Assembly (NCBI GenBank): GCA_945869305.1
Contig: CAMBOH010000002.1
Span: 698-64,697 of the forward strand
Direction: 5' to 3'
DNA: 64,000 nucleotides
DNA from: an uncultured bacterium
GTDB taxonomy: Bacteria; Bacteroidota; Bacteroidia; Bacteroidales; Bacteroidaceae
Of this stretch, positions 1 through 9,105 are shown piece by piece. Every line of letters begins with the position of its first letter. The first letter of the stretch is position 1. Position numbers and translations under genes: made by a program. The notes under the pieces are model-generated. The model had not been told where the DNA came from. It saw only the letters and a list, made by a program, of their open reading frames with translations, and ran no database searches.

Positions 1-612
1 TGCGCTGTCGGCACAGTCCAACTGGTTGCGCAACTCCAAATAGGCTCTCAGCGCGCTGCACAGTTCCTCGCCGAAGGGTACAATGCGTTGTTTGTTGCGC
101 TTGCCCGTCACCTTCAGTTCGCCGCGCACAAGGTCCACATCGGTCACATCTACTCCCCGGAGCTCCGAAAGGCGGATGCCCGTGTGATAGAAAGTGAGCA
201 GCACCAGTCTGTCGCGCTGGCCTTCGAATCCCTCAGGATAGGTCACGCCGTCAAACAGGCGGTCGACTTCGCTGTTCTTCAGGAAGGTGGGCAGCGGCAG
301 ATGCACCTTTGGATTCTTCACCAGTCGCACCGGATCGTGCTGCACCCGCTGCATGCGCAGCAGATAGCGGTAGAACGACCGCAGGGCACTCAGCTGCTTC
401 GCCACATAGCGGCCTGTACAGCCTCGCTGCATTTCGGCCGCCATCCATTGCCTCACCACATCGGCATCGACATGCTCCCAGTCGGGCTGGCCTTCGAGCG
501 ACAGGCAGAAGCTGCGGAAGTCCCTCAACGATGCGCCGTAGGTGTCAGCCGTACGTTGCGAATAACCTCGCTCGGCACACAGGTAAAGCAGGAAATCTTC
601 AATGTACTGCAT
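1..612 (-). CDS. xerC: Tyrosine recombinase XerC-like; 3' part lies beyond the window edge
   Basis: Not in the ORF track. Manual translation from ATG at 612 gives MQYIEDFLLYLCAERGYSQRT...LSALRSFYRYL...RDRLVLLTFYHTGIRLSEL...LKVTGKRNKQRIVP, with the integrase box I Arg (TGIRLSEL) and the catalytic Lys strand. Position next to rpsU is typical of Bacteroidales. Confidence 0.88.
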   Translation of the reverse strand, partial: MQYIEDFLLYLCAERGYSQRTADTYGASLRDFRSFCLSLEGQPDWEHVDADVVRQWMAAEMQRGCTGRYVAKQLSALRSFYRYLLRMQRVQHDPVRLVKNPKVHLPLPTFLKNSEVDRLFDGVTYPEGFEGQRDRLVLLTFYHTGIRLSELRGVDVTDVDLVRGELKVTGKRNKQRIVPFGEELCSALRAYLELRNQLDCADSA

Positions 613-859
613 CGGCCATTCTCGTTTGTTGGGCGAATATCGTAACTTTTTCCGAATGGGCAAAAGAAAAGCCAGAAAAGTTGCCGCGCCCCTCTCCCCG
701 CGGCCGACAACCGCCGGGCCCAATGGTTGAGAGAGCTGATGTCTGAGCATTCTTGGGTGCACCAAAGTTTGGCTTCTCACGCCGTACAGAGCCTACACAC
801 GAGTGCAATCGCCCTACAGCCTTGATTACCCGACGCAGTGCTCAGAGCCCCTCGACGCA

Positions 860-893
860 GTCCGCCCTGCAACTATGCGGTTGCAGGGCGGAC
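860..893. terminator. Perfect 14-bp stem-loop downstream of rpsU
   Basis: GTCCGCCCTGCAAC-tatgcg-GTTGCAGGGCGGAC; no clear U-tract on the minus strand. Confidence 0.5.
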
Positions 894-960
894 GTTAGGT
901 TTTCTTTTTGTAAGAACGGGAACAGCGTAGGCTGCTGGCGCGTCGAGAGCGGGAGAGTGA

Positions 961-1152
961 TTAGTCCTCCTCGCGGTGCAGCTTCTGCACGTATACGGCA
1001 TGTTCCTTAGCCAGACGCTTCAGTACGCTGGGCTTGTCGAACTGCTGACGGGCACGGAGCTCCTTGATGACACCGGTCTTTTCAAACTTTCTCTTGAACT
1101 TCTTCAGGGCGCGCTCGATGTTCTCGCCGTCCTTGACTTGTACTACGATCAT
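961..1152 (-). CDS. rpsU: 30S ribosomal protein bS21
   Basis: 63 aa MIVVQVKDGENIERALKKFKRKFEKTG...FDKPS, the S21 signature. Confidence 0.97.
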   Translation of the reverse strand: MIVVQVKDGENIERALKKFKRKFEKTGVIKELRARQQFDKPSVLKRLAKEHAVYVQKLHREED

Positions 1153-1207
1153 GTTGTGGTTTGGAGTTATTTTGTTATTACTTGATATGCATACTTCTTG
1201 CGAGGTG

Positions 1208-1239
1208 CAAAAGTAGGTATTATATTCTTTTCGCCCAAA
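1208..1239 (-). promoter_or_regulatory. Bacteroidota housekeeping promoter of rpsU
   Basis: Minus strand TTTG (1239-1236), 20-nt spacer, TACTTTTG (1215-1208), matching TTTG-N19-21-TAnnTTTG. Confidence 0.75.
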
Positions 1240-1284
1240 CTTTACGGCCGTTTTTTCTGCTTAGGCTGAATGATTCGGACAGAA

Positions 1285-1324
1285 GACAGCCCGCCGAGTC
1301 GGTTGGACCAATCGGCGGGCTGTC
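1285..1324 (-). terminator. Stem-loop after the T9SS-type gene pair
   Basis: GACAGCCCGCCGA...TCGGCGGGCTGTC inverted repeat about 20 bp past the stop at 1346. Confidence 0.6.
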
Positions 1325-1345
1325 GGACTTTGCTGTTTTGGGCTG

Positions 1346-2842
1346 TTACTTCACAAAGGTCTTGATGCTGCGGGTTGTGCCGTCGGCAAACTTCAGGGTG
1401 CGGATGTACAGGCCGTTGTGCGGACGCGACACGCTGCGACCCATCAGGTCGGTATAGGTTTCGGAGATGATTTCGGACGAACCCAGCACAACGGTTCCGA
1501 TAGCTGAATCGTCGCCGCTCTCGGGGTAGGTGAGGCGCGCAGAGGCACGGCGTTCGCCGTTGACGGTGTAGTATACCTCCACGCCAATGGTGGTGTAAAG
1601 CTCACCGTATATGCTGACATGGTGGAAGGCGCCTCCGCTGTAGATTTCTGTGCCGCCGTTCAGGTCGATGTAGTCATAGGGGAACTCCGACATGGGGGCT
1701 TCGATGCTGTACAGGCCCGGCTCGAAGGTGAAGACCTCGTCATCGAGCAGGATGCTCCAGGTGATGTTTTCGGGGTTGATGAAGTTGCCGTCGACATCCT
1801 CGGCGTAGATGTTGAAGTCTATGCCGCCCCAAGTTGCGTCGACCTGCCCGTAGAGCAGCTCGGGCGTGGCGGGCGTGGCGGGCTTCTCTTCGAAATAGGT
1901 CAACGTGGGTCCCTCTATGATGGAATAGACGGTCTTGCCTGCCAACAGCATGATGGTGAGGCCGGGTGCCGGGGTGAGTGTCTTGCGGTCGTCTGACACG
2001 GCAAAGGCGAAGTGGTCGGTGGGCACATACTCCCTGGCTCCCGTGACGAAGTTCTCACCGGCATACACTCCGGCCACGAAGTCCACATAGGTGGCCGAGA
2101 CAATGCCCTGGTACTGGTTGGAGGGGATGATCAGCGAGTCGCCTTCCCATGTTCCCTTGACCCATGCGCTGTCGACACAGAGGCCCTGGATGTAGCAGTC
2201 GTTGCCATCGCTGCCCAGCTGTATCACCTTGACTCCCTCGGCGTAGTCCTTGGTGTAGCGGTAGGCGTACTGTGAGGTCTGGAGTCCGTCGGGCACTTGC
2301 ACGATGTTGGGCGAATAGGGCGACAGGTCGAGGTTGCGCACCAGGATGTAGCTCACCTCGTCCTTGCTGTGGTAGGCTACGAGGAACACTTCCTTGTCGA
2401 CCGACTGGATGCGGCCTTCGCTGTCAATGGTGAGCTGGTAGGGGGCATCCTCGATAATCTTTGCCTGGAAGTTACCGTAGGAGTCGTAGCTGCTCTCGGC
2501 CAGACCGAGGTAGAGGTCATAGCCTTCGTAGGTCATGAGCAGCTGCCCCATTTCGAGCGTAATGGTGCCGTCTGCTACGGTGCCTTCGACCGAGAGGTAT
2601 TGCTGCTGGATAATGTCCTGTGCGCAGAACAGGTTGTGGAAGTAGATTTTGTCGCCTTTGCGGCACACGTTGATGGCCTTGCCGCTGACAGGTGTCACCG
2701 CGGCATATTCGCAAATATCGCCACTAAGCGAATAATAGGAAATGTCTGTCTGATGCGTGTCGCAATACTGCCCTGACTGGGCCACGGCCAAGCTGGCTGA
2801 CAGCCAGGCCCAAAGACATAAGAGTAAAGTCGGTCTGTTCAT
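1346..2842 (-). CDS. Secreted hypothetical protein with T9SS-type C-terminal domain
   Basis: Start MNRPTLLLCLWAWLSASLAVAQ looks like a signal peptide. C-terminus ETYTDLMGRSVSRPHNGLYIRT...SIKTFVK matches the YxLxGR..GLYI..K pattern of Prevotellaceae secreted proteins. Confidence 0.75.
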   Translation of the reverse strand: MNRPTLLLCLWAWLSASLAVAQSGQYCDTHQTDISYYSLSGDICEYAAVTPVSGKAINVCRKGDKIYFHNLFCAQDIIQQQYLSVEGTVADGTITLEMGQLLMTYEGYDLYLGLAESSYDSYGNFQAKIIEDAPYQLTIDSEGRIQSVDKEVFLVAYHSKDEVSYILVRNLDLSPYSPNIVQVPDGLQTSQYAYRYTKDYAEGVKVIQLGSDGNDCYIQGLCVDSAWVKGTWEGDSLIIPSNQYQGIVSATYVDFVAGVYAGENFVTGAREYVPTDHFAFAVSDDRKTLTPAPGLTIMLLAGKTVYSIIEGPTLTYFEEKPATPATPELLYGQVDATWGGIDFNIYAEDVDGNFINPENITWSILLDDEVFTFEPGLYSIEAPMSEFPYDYIDLNGGTEIYSGGAFHHVSIYGELYTTIGVEVYYTVNGERRASARLTYPESGDDSAIGTVVLGSSEIISETYTDLMGRSVSRPHNGLYIRTLKFADGTTRSIKTFVK

Positions 2843-2899
2843 AAACACATGGTTTAGGGTTATATAATAGGTGTATTCAAGTTTCACATGGGAGAGGGG

Positions 2900-4675
2900 T
2901 TATAAAACCACCTTCTGCGTGACGGTACGGCCATTGCGGTCCTGCGTCTGCCTGATGTAAATGCCGTGTTCCAGCTGGCCGGACGGCAGCGGCATGCCTT
3001 GCAGGTTATAGTAGCGCACTTCTTCTTGGTCTGAAGAAACCGCCTGTATGGCCGAAAGGCTGCCCAGCGGGGACTGTACCACGTTGTAGACCACACGCTT
3101 CATGATGTCGTCGCTGTAGTTGCACACAAAGGCCACGACCTGCACGTTGTCCAGATTCCAGTTCTCGTCCACTGCCACGCGGTAGTCGGCTGCGAAGTCA
3201 TCGCCTTCCCATTGGATCGCATCGCCCCACGCGCTGGTGGCCACCTTGCGCAACGTGTTGTTGTGGACAAAGCCCTCGTAGGTTCCCATTTGCGAGATTG
3301 GCTCTATCTGGCTTTCCTTGACGAACACGCAGAGGCGGGGATCGGGCGACAGGTCGGCCAACAGCACAGAGCGGGTGCCCTCGACGTGTATGTCTAACTG
3401 GCCGTCGGCAGCAGAGGCTTGAACCGACAGGCTCACAAAGGCGGGGTCCTGCAGTTCGTAGTCGAAGGTGGCGGTAATGTCTTCCGGGTTTTCCACACTC
3501 TGCACAGGGTATCCGTCCTTCGAGGAATAGGGATTGTAGTGCCTGTTGAGCATGAGGGCCGGAGCTGCCTCAAACTTCATGTCGCCATAGAAGGCGAGAT
3601 ACTCCTTTGACTCATCGACCGTGAACTTGTCCGTACCGTAGCCTACGTGATGACACACCCATACGACGCGGTCGTTGTAGCCACTCTCGACAGCAGTCTG
3701 TATGCGCAGCCCACCGCTGGGGCAATAGAAGCAGCGTTCGGTGGTGAACTGTTCGAGCAGGATGTTGCGCTCCTTGGCCGAATGGGTGTACATGGCCATG
3801 TCGAAGGTAGCCGAGTTATCGGCCATATAGGCATCGTCTCGTCCGTCGGGCATGAGCAGCGTGAGCCGGGCATGGACCATGCGTTCACCCTCGGCCATGC
3901 GCCCGGTGGGCAGCCGCAGCACAAACTTGCAGGTGTCGCGATAGGCCAGTTCGCGCTGTATCAGGGTGTCGCCCTGCACTTCGTCGTTCAGACTGTAACG
4001 GAAACTGAATCCGCCGACGGGCTGCGCCGAATTGTTCTGCACACAGCCGGACACCAGAATCGCATCGCCGTGCTTCACGGAGATTCGGTTCGTCTGGCAC
4101 GACACCAACTGCAAGTCTGACTCAGGAAGGGCATCGCCGGTCACTACGGCTTCGACCGACACGTTGCCGAAGTCCTTCGAGGAGAAATCGGTCCACACGT
4201 CGTTCTTGGCTATCCAACAACCGCCCGGCACCGATATGCCAATCAGCGAGATGCAGTTCATGCTGTGGTCCTGCCAATAGCTGTAGCCGATGTACAGGTC
4301 TTCTTCGCCGCTAACGGCATACGGCTCCGAGAGGTCGATGACGTTCCAGCCGTAATTGAAATCTGTGAGGAAACCTGCTGCCGCGTTTTCTGTATCGAGC
4401 GAGGTACGAACCCATGCAGTGAGCGTGTCGGGCCGCAGCTCCGAGTACCAAGTAGCCAGGCCGACTCTGATCTGGCTGATTTCGCACCCCTTGTACATGG
4501 CCAGCAACTCCTTGGGCAGGCAAATGGCTGCGCTGACCTGACATACGCCGCTCTTGCCCGTGCCCTGCGTGTTGACCTGGCCGTCGCAATAGCCGAGGTA
4601 TACGGCATCGGACTGCTGCGCCTGTACACACTGACAGCAAAGCCACAGGATGAAACAACTTAATACCTTTTTCAT
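2900..4675 (-). CDS. Omp28-related outer-membrane protein (thioredoxin-like CxxC) with T9SS-type C-terminus
   Basis: Signal peptide; LLEQFTTERCFYCP, HHVGYGTDKF and HNNTLR motifs of the Omp28 family; tail YYNLQGMPL...GIYIRQ...QKVVL. Confidence 0.82.
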   Translation of the reverse strand: MKKVLSCFILWLCCQCVQAQQSDAVYLGYCDGQVNTQGTGKSGVCQVSAAICLPKELLAMYKGCEISQIRVGLATWYSELRPDTLTAWVRTSLDTENAAAGFLTDFNYGWNVIDLSEPYAVSGEEDLYIGYSYWQDHSMNCISLIGISVPGGCWIAKNDVWTDFSSKDFGNVSVEAVVTGDALPESDLQLVSCQTNRISVKHGDAILVSGCVQNNSAQPVGGFSFRYSLNDEVQGDTLIQRELAYRDTCKFVLRLPTGRMAEGERMVHARLTLLMPDGRDDAYMADNSATFDMAMYTHSAKERNILLEQFTTERCFYCPSGGLRIQTAVESGYNDRVVWVCHHVGYGTDKFTVDESKEYLAFYGDMKFEAAPALMLNRHYNPYSSKDGYPVQSVENPEDITATFDYELQDPAFVSLSVQASAADGQLDIHVEGTRSVLLADLSPDPRLCVFVKESQIEPISQMGTYEGFVHNNTLRKVATSAWGDAIQWEGDDFAADYRVAVDENWNLDNVQVVAFVCNYSDDIMKRVVYNVVQSPLGSLSAIQAVSSDQEEVRYYNLQGMPLPSGQLEHGIYIRQTQDRNGRTVTQKVVL

Positions 4676-5075
4676 ACGCTTGCCTCCTTTCTTATTTATA
4701 GCTGAAGTGTCGCCGAAAGGAATGGAGCAGCGACTTCTTCAACGCGTTAGGTTCTACTATTCTTGTCAATATTCTTGTCAGGCAAATTCCGAAAGGGCTT
4801 CCGTTTTGCCAGGAAATTCCACCTCCTCTTGTCATTCAACAGTCAAAGAGGCAAACACTATTGACTTTCTGCCGCAAATGTAAGAATTGGCACATACAAC
4901 CGGCGATGCAGCCCAACAAAATTTGTCGCAAATGCTCAATTTTTGACGTTAAGACAAAAAATTAACCCTGAAACAAACCCGATTGGCCTGAAGCGGTCCG
5001 CCAAGGGGATGCCGAAAGGCCGGATGGACAACGCACCCCGGCCATTGCCGTGCCACACCTTATTATATATAGGGA

Positions 5076-5151
5076 TTCGGCACATGCCCCGAAAGTTGAC
5101 GCAAGTGAGGCCGGAGCCTGACTGGCAAAATCTTTCGGGGCATGTGCCGAA
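5076..5151. repeat. Perfect 20-bp inverted repeat with a 36-nt loop downstream of mscS
   Basis: TTCGGCACATGCCCCGAAAG (5076-5095) and CTTTCGGGGCATGTGCCGAA (5132-5151). Confidence 0.8.
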
Positions 5152-5194
5152 CGTCTGTCCCGGCATAGCCGGGATAAGAAGCTGGTGTGTGCAG

Positions 5195-6061
5195 TTACTC
5201 CTTGACTATATGCACCACCCGCTGCGGATAGGGGATGTTGATGCCTTCGCGGTTGAACAGTTCGTAGATGCGCTGCTGCATGTCGTAGTACACGGGCCAG
5301 TAGTCAGCACTCTTGACCCACACGCGCGCCACGAGATCAACGCTGCTTTCGGCCAGCGCATCGATGGCCACAAAGGGCTGCTTGTCGTCGGGAGACTGAA
5401 GGATGCGGCCATCTTCGCGGAACAGGACCAGCAGCTTCTCGCGCACGCGGTTCACGTCCTCACCATAGTCCACACCGACCTTCCACTGCACGCGGCGCAC
5501 CTCTTCCTTCGAAAAGTTCACCACCACCGAGGTGCTCAGCGACCCATTGGGCATGTACACCTGCTTGCCGTCGACGGTGAGGACCACGGTATGGAAAATC
5601 TGTATTTCGCGCACCGTGCCCTGCACGCCTTGCGCCTCTATCCAGTCGCCGACCCTGTAGGGCTTGAAGAGCAGGATGACCAGCCCTCCAGCAAAGTTCT
5701 GCAGATTGCCGGACAGAGCCATGCCGACGGCCACACCGGCTGAGGCCAGCAGGGCGGCAAACGAGGTGGTGTTGATGCCCAGCGCACCGACTACCGACAC
5801 GATGAGCAGCACGGTGAGCAGAATGTTGACCAGGCTGCGCACGAAACTCTGTACGCTGACATCGATGTGACGGCGGTTGAGCATACCGTGTACCATGCGG
5901 TTGATGACCTTCACCAGGAAGGCTCCGACCATGTACACCAATATGGCGGTAATGATGTGGCGGCCTGCCGAGATTGACAGGTCAAACAATTTCTGGAGCA
6001 ACTGGTCGAGCTTGTCGGCCGTGAGCGCAACTGCCTGCGCCTCCAATAACGAGGGGTTCAT
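5195..6061 (-). CDS. mscS: Small-conductance mechanosensitive channel
   Basis: SFAALLASAGVAVGMALSGNLQNFAGG, KPYRVGDWI and GINIPYPQR motifs. Confidence 0.93.
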   Translation of the reverse strand: MNPSLLEAQAVALTADKLDQLLQKLFDLSISAGRHIITAILVYMVGAFLVKVINRMVHGMLNRRHIDVSVQSFVRSLVNILLTVLLIVSVVGALGINTTSFAALLASAGVAVGMALSGNLQNFAGGLVILLFKPYRVGDWIEAQGVQGTVREIQIFHTVVLTVDGKQVYMPNGSLSTSVVVNFSKEEVRRVQWKVGVDYGEDVNRVREKLLVLFREDGRILQSPDDKQPFVAIDALAESSVDLVARVWVKSADYWPVYYDMQQRIYELFNREGINIPYPQRVVHIVKE

Positions 6062-6094
6062 GTGTTGGTATGTAGTTTAGTCGTGTTGTCCTGG

Positions 6095-7135
6095 TCAGTG
6101 CCCCTTGCGGAGTATGCGGCCCTTGTCGTCGATGACAAGGGGCGTGTGGGGCACGTCGAGCCGGGTGAGCCGGCGTATCTCGCGGGCCGCGCGGTGCTGC
6201 TCATCCATGCGCGGGCCGACACCCCTGTGCTGTATGAAGGAATGTATCTGCCCTTCTGCGAAGCGGCCGTCTTCGTGCAGGGTGAGTTCGAGCAGGGGGG
6301 CATAGCCCAACGGGCCGCTCAGGTTCATGCCGTAGGGGGTGCAGAAGTTGCCGAGGCTGTAGGCTATGAAGTGTTCCTTGTAGAGTTCGACCGCACGCAC
6401 CACGTGGGGGCCGTGGCCATAGACTACGTCGGCTCCGGCGTCGATACAGAAATGGGCGAACTGGCGCAGCGAACCGCGGTCTTCACCACAGAACATCTCC
6501 TTGCCCCAGGGCAGGCGGTTCTGCTTGCTGCCTTCGGCTCCGCCGTGGAACGAGACGATGACGACATCGCTCTCGGCTACCAAGGAGGTGATGATCTGGC
6601 GCACGGTGTCGAGGTCCTGGTGGCGCAGGGTGTAGCCGTTGTGGCCAAAGGCGCAGAACCCATAGCGCACGCCGTCGCGCTCTACCACTACCCGGTCGGG
6701 GGTCTGAAGCAACCCTGCGTAGGCTATGCCCATGCGGTCCAGACAGCTGCGGGTGCTCCCGATGCCTGCCGCGCCGAAGTCGTTGGCATGGTTGTTGGCC
6801 ATAGAGAGGAAATCGAAACCGGCCTGCTGCAACAAGGGAGCGAAGCGGGTCGGCGTGCGGAAGGCATAGCATACGGCCGACGGCTTCTTGTGGGTCGTTC
6901 CGCTGTCACACAGCGTACCCTCCAAGTTGCCTGCCGCCACATCGGCCCGCTGCAACAAGGGGGCGGCATCAACAAACAATTGCCGTCCTTCCTGGGGCGG
7001 CAACTGCACTGACGGGAAGGTCGTTCCCATCATGATATCTCCGGTAAAGGCCAGATGGAGCTGGCGGCCCTGCGACTGGGCGAAGGCCTGACATACGGCC
7101 CATGCGGCCAATACGTAGAAGGTGAAGGCTTTCAT
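6095..7135 (-). CDS. CapA/PgsA-family metallophosphoesterase-fold protein
   Basis: GDIM, GNLE, ANNH, SFHGG.E, GHGPHV and YSLGNF motifs; N-terminal signal peptide. Confidence 0.9.
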   Translation of the reverse strand: MKAFTFYVLAAWAVCQAFAQSQGRQLHLAFTGDIMMGTTFPSVQLPPQEGRQLFVDAAPLLQRADVAAGNLEGTLCDSGTTHKKPSAVCYAFRTPTRFAPLLQQAGFDFLSMANNHANDFGAAGIGSTRSCLDRMGIAYAGLLQTPDRVVVERDGVRYGFCAFGHNGYTLRHQDLDTVRQIITSLVAESDVVIVSFHGGAEGSKQNRLPWGKEMFCGEDRGSLRQFAHFCIDAGADVVYGHGPHVVRAVELYKEHFIAYSLGNFCTPYGMNLSGPLGYAPLLELTLHEDGRFAEGQIHSFIQHRGVGPRMDEQHRAAREIRRLTRLDVPHTPLVIDDKGRILRKGH

Positions 7136-7734
7136 CAGTTCTCTACAATGCGGCGGGCACCGATATAGCGGCGGTTGTAATAGGCCTCACTCGAATCCGA
7201 CACCTTGACTCCCTTGTTGCTGGCATGTACAAACGAGAAGTTGTTGCCTGAAGGGTCTACGTCGGTCACGATGCCTACATGGCCTACCGAACGGGTATTG
7301 CCCCGACCGCCGAAGAACACCAGGTCGCCCTTCCTCAAGTCCTTGATGCGGGCTATGGGAGTCCCCTGCGTGAACTGGGAGCGCGATGTGCGCAGTATAG
7401 ACACGTTCTCCTTTCCGTAGACGAAGCTGGTGAAGCCTGAGCAGTCAAACACGTTGGGGCCGCTGCTGCCCAACGAATAGCGTGCACCCAGATATTGCAA
7501 TGCGGTGCGCACCACGCTCTCGCCAAATGTGGCGTTATATGACAAGGTGGCCTCTACCTCGGCTGTACCTGCCTGGACGGCCATTCCGGCCAAGGGGGCT
7601 ACTTCTCTTACTATTCTTTCGGCCGTGGGGCGACTGGGCATCTGCTCAGGCATGAGGTCCTGGGCCTTGGCGCCCATCAGGCTCATCACGCCCAATGCCA
7701 CACTGGCTATGTATTTCTTGAATTGCACGTTCAA
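7135..7734 (-). CDS. NlpC/P60 (C40) peptidoglycan endopeptidase; start uncertain
   Basis: FDCSGFTSFVY, GDLVFFG, HVGIV and FVHAS motifs. Likely TTG/GTG start at about 7728-7734, before the hydrophobic signal and downstream of TACCTTTG. The stop overlaps the CapA start (TGATG). Confidence 0.88.
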   Translation of the reverse strand: MNVQFKKYIASVALGVMSLMGAKAQDLMPEQMPSRPTAERIVREVAPLAGMAVQAGTAEVEATLSYNATFGESVVRTALQYLGARYSLGSSGPNVFDCSGFTSFVYGKENVSILRTSRSQFTQGTPIARIKDLRKGDLVFFGGRGNTRSVGHVGIVTDVDPSGNNFSFVHASNKGVKVSDSSEAYYNRRYIGARRIVEN

Positions 7735-8098
7735 AATGGCTTTATAGAGTTCAAAATGCAACGGGAGCTTCGCAAACACAGATGCTCCGCTTTCTTCTAC
7801 AACGTTTGCAAAGGTAATAAAGCTGGTTTTCTGACCCAAATATTTTAATCTATTTTTAAAAAAGATTCTGCTCGGGACGCTTATTCTGCACACACTTCCC
7901 CCTACGTGTGTATAAAAAAACACGACTGTCCGGGTGGCTCTTGCTGAGGGCCCGACGTGAAGGTCCATGGAGACCACTCCCTTCCTTGGACAACAAATTG
8001 CGGCCATTCGCGTTCTTCATCTTTCAAACACGAATGGCCGGGCATATCATTCGCAATGGCACATGGGTGATTCCGATGACCATGCGGTCCACCAAGGT

Positions 8099-8161
8099 CT
8101 GCGACAGGTTTTACTGAGGCTGCGACAGGTCTTCCTGAGGCTGGAGTCGGGGCTCCTGAGC
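8099..8161. repeat. Three degenerate 21-bp tandem units
   Basis: CTGCGACAGGTTTTACTGAGG / CTGCGACAGGTCTTCCTGAGG / CTGGAGTCGGGGCTCCTGAGC. Confidence 0.65.
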
Positions 8162-8168
8162 CTGGGAC

Positions 8169-9083
8169 TTATTCCTCACCCGCTTTCTGCTGCCGGGCTG
8201 TGTCGCCCGGATGAGCAGGTGCGGCTGCAGGCAACGTGTCGGACGGCCATGCGTGCGAAGGTGCCGACATGGTGTCGGCCGGCAAGTGATGCAGGCTGTC
8301 AGCTTCCGTCTTGTCGGCCTCATCAGCCTTTGGAACTTCGCACCGGTCGCCGCCCAACCCCTTGAAGTCGGGCAGCCGCTCGCGTTCGCCCGACACGATG
8401 ACGGGCATGCCGTTGTAGGCATACTGCTCGCGCAGCTGGATGATATTGTCGGTATGCACACGGATGCAGCCCTCCGAGGCGCGGCGGCCTATGCTGCGCG
8501 GGGCATTGGTGCCATGGATGCCGATACCGGCAAAGCGGCCCGTGGCGATGCGCAGAAAGTAAGGGCCGTAGCAGCCTTTCACCTCGCGGCCATCGCGCGT
8601 GCGGTGAATCCAGTCGGTGCTCTCATACATGCCGGAGATGCGGAAGCGGCCTTCAGGCGTGCGGTAGTCGCCCTTTTCCTGCTTGTCACCGCGCCGTATG
8701 CCGCAGGCTATGCCGCAGGAGAAGACCACGCTGTCGTCGGGCGTGAGCACATAGAGCCGCATCTGGGGCTTGCTGATGTATATATAGGTGTCGGTAAAAC
8801 GGTAGTCGCGGGCCAGGTCGGTCGAGTCGAGCTGCACGGTATCGGTCAGGGCCTCAACCTGCTCACGTGGCGCATCGGGCACCTCGGTAATAGGCACGCT
8901 CTCGTCCAACAAGGGGTCGGACGGTTCTGGCCGCGCTTCACGCCTGCCGCATGAAAGTGACAACAGGACGGCGAGCAGCAGGAGGCAAACCGGCGCACAC
9001 GGGGCTGCGAAGGGTAATTTGCGACGTGTCCCGCCACTGGCTGAGGAGCGGGACCGAACGAGGTGGACTAAAGGTAATATCAT
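8169..9083 (-). CDS. L,D-transpeptidase (YkuD family), probable lipoprotein; start uncertain
   Basis: GDYRTPEG, IGIHGT and ASEGCIRV catalytic motifs; lipobox-like LLSLSC. Confidence 0.88.
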   Translation of the reverse strand: MILPLVHLVRSRSSASGGTRRKLPFAAPCAPVCLLLLAVLLSLSCGRREARPEPSDPLLDESVPITEVPDAPREQVEALTDTVQLDSTDLARDYRFTDTYIYISKPQMRLYVLTPDDSVVFSCGIACGIRRGDKQEKGDYRTPEGRFRISGMYESTDWIHRTRDGREVKGCYGPYFLRIATGRFAGIGIHGTNAPRSIGRRASEGCIRVHTDNIIQLREQYAYNGMPVIVSGERERLPDFKGLGGDRCEVPKADEADKTEADSLHHLPADTMSAPSHAWPSDTLPAAAPAHPGDTARQQKAGEE

Positions 9084-9105
9084 GAAGAGGCCGTCGTTGT
9101 GTGGT

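Noticed and set aside
1-612. Tyrosine recombinase as a mobile-element integrase
   Set aside because: XerC-like sequence in the usual position next to rpsU, with no cargo or att sites visible.
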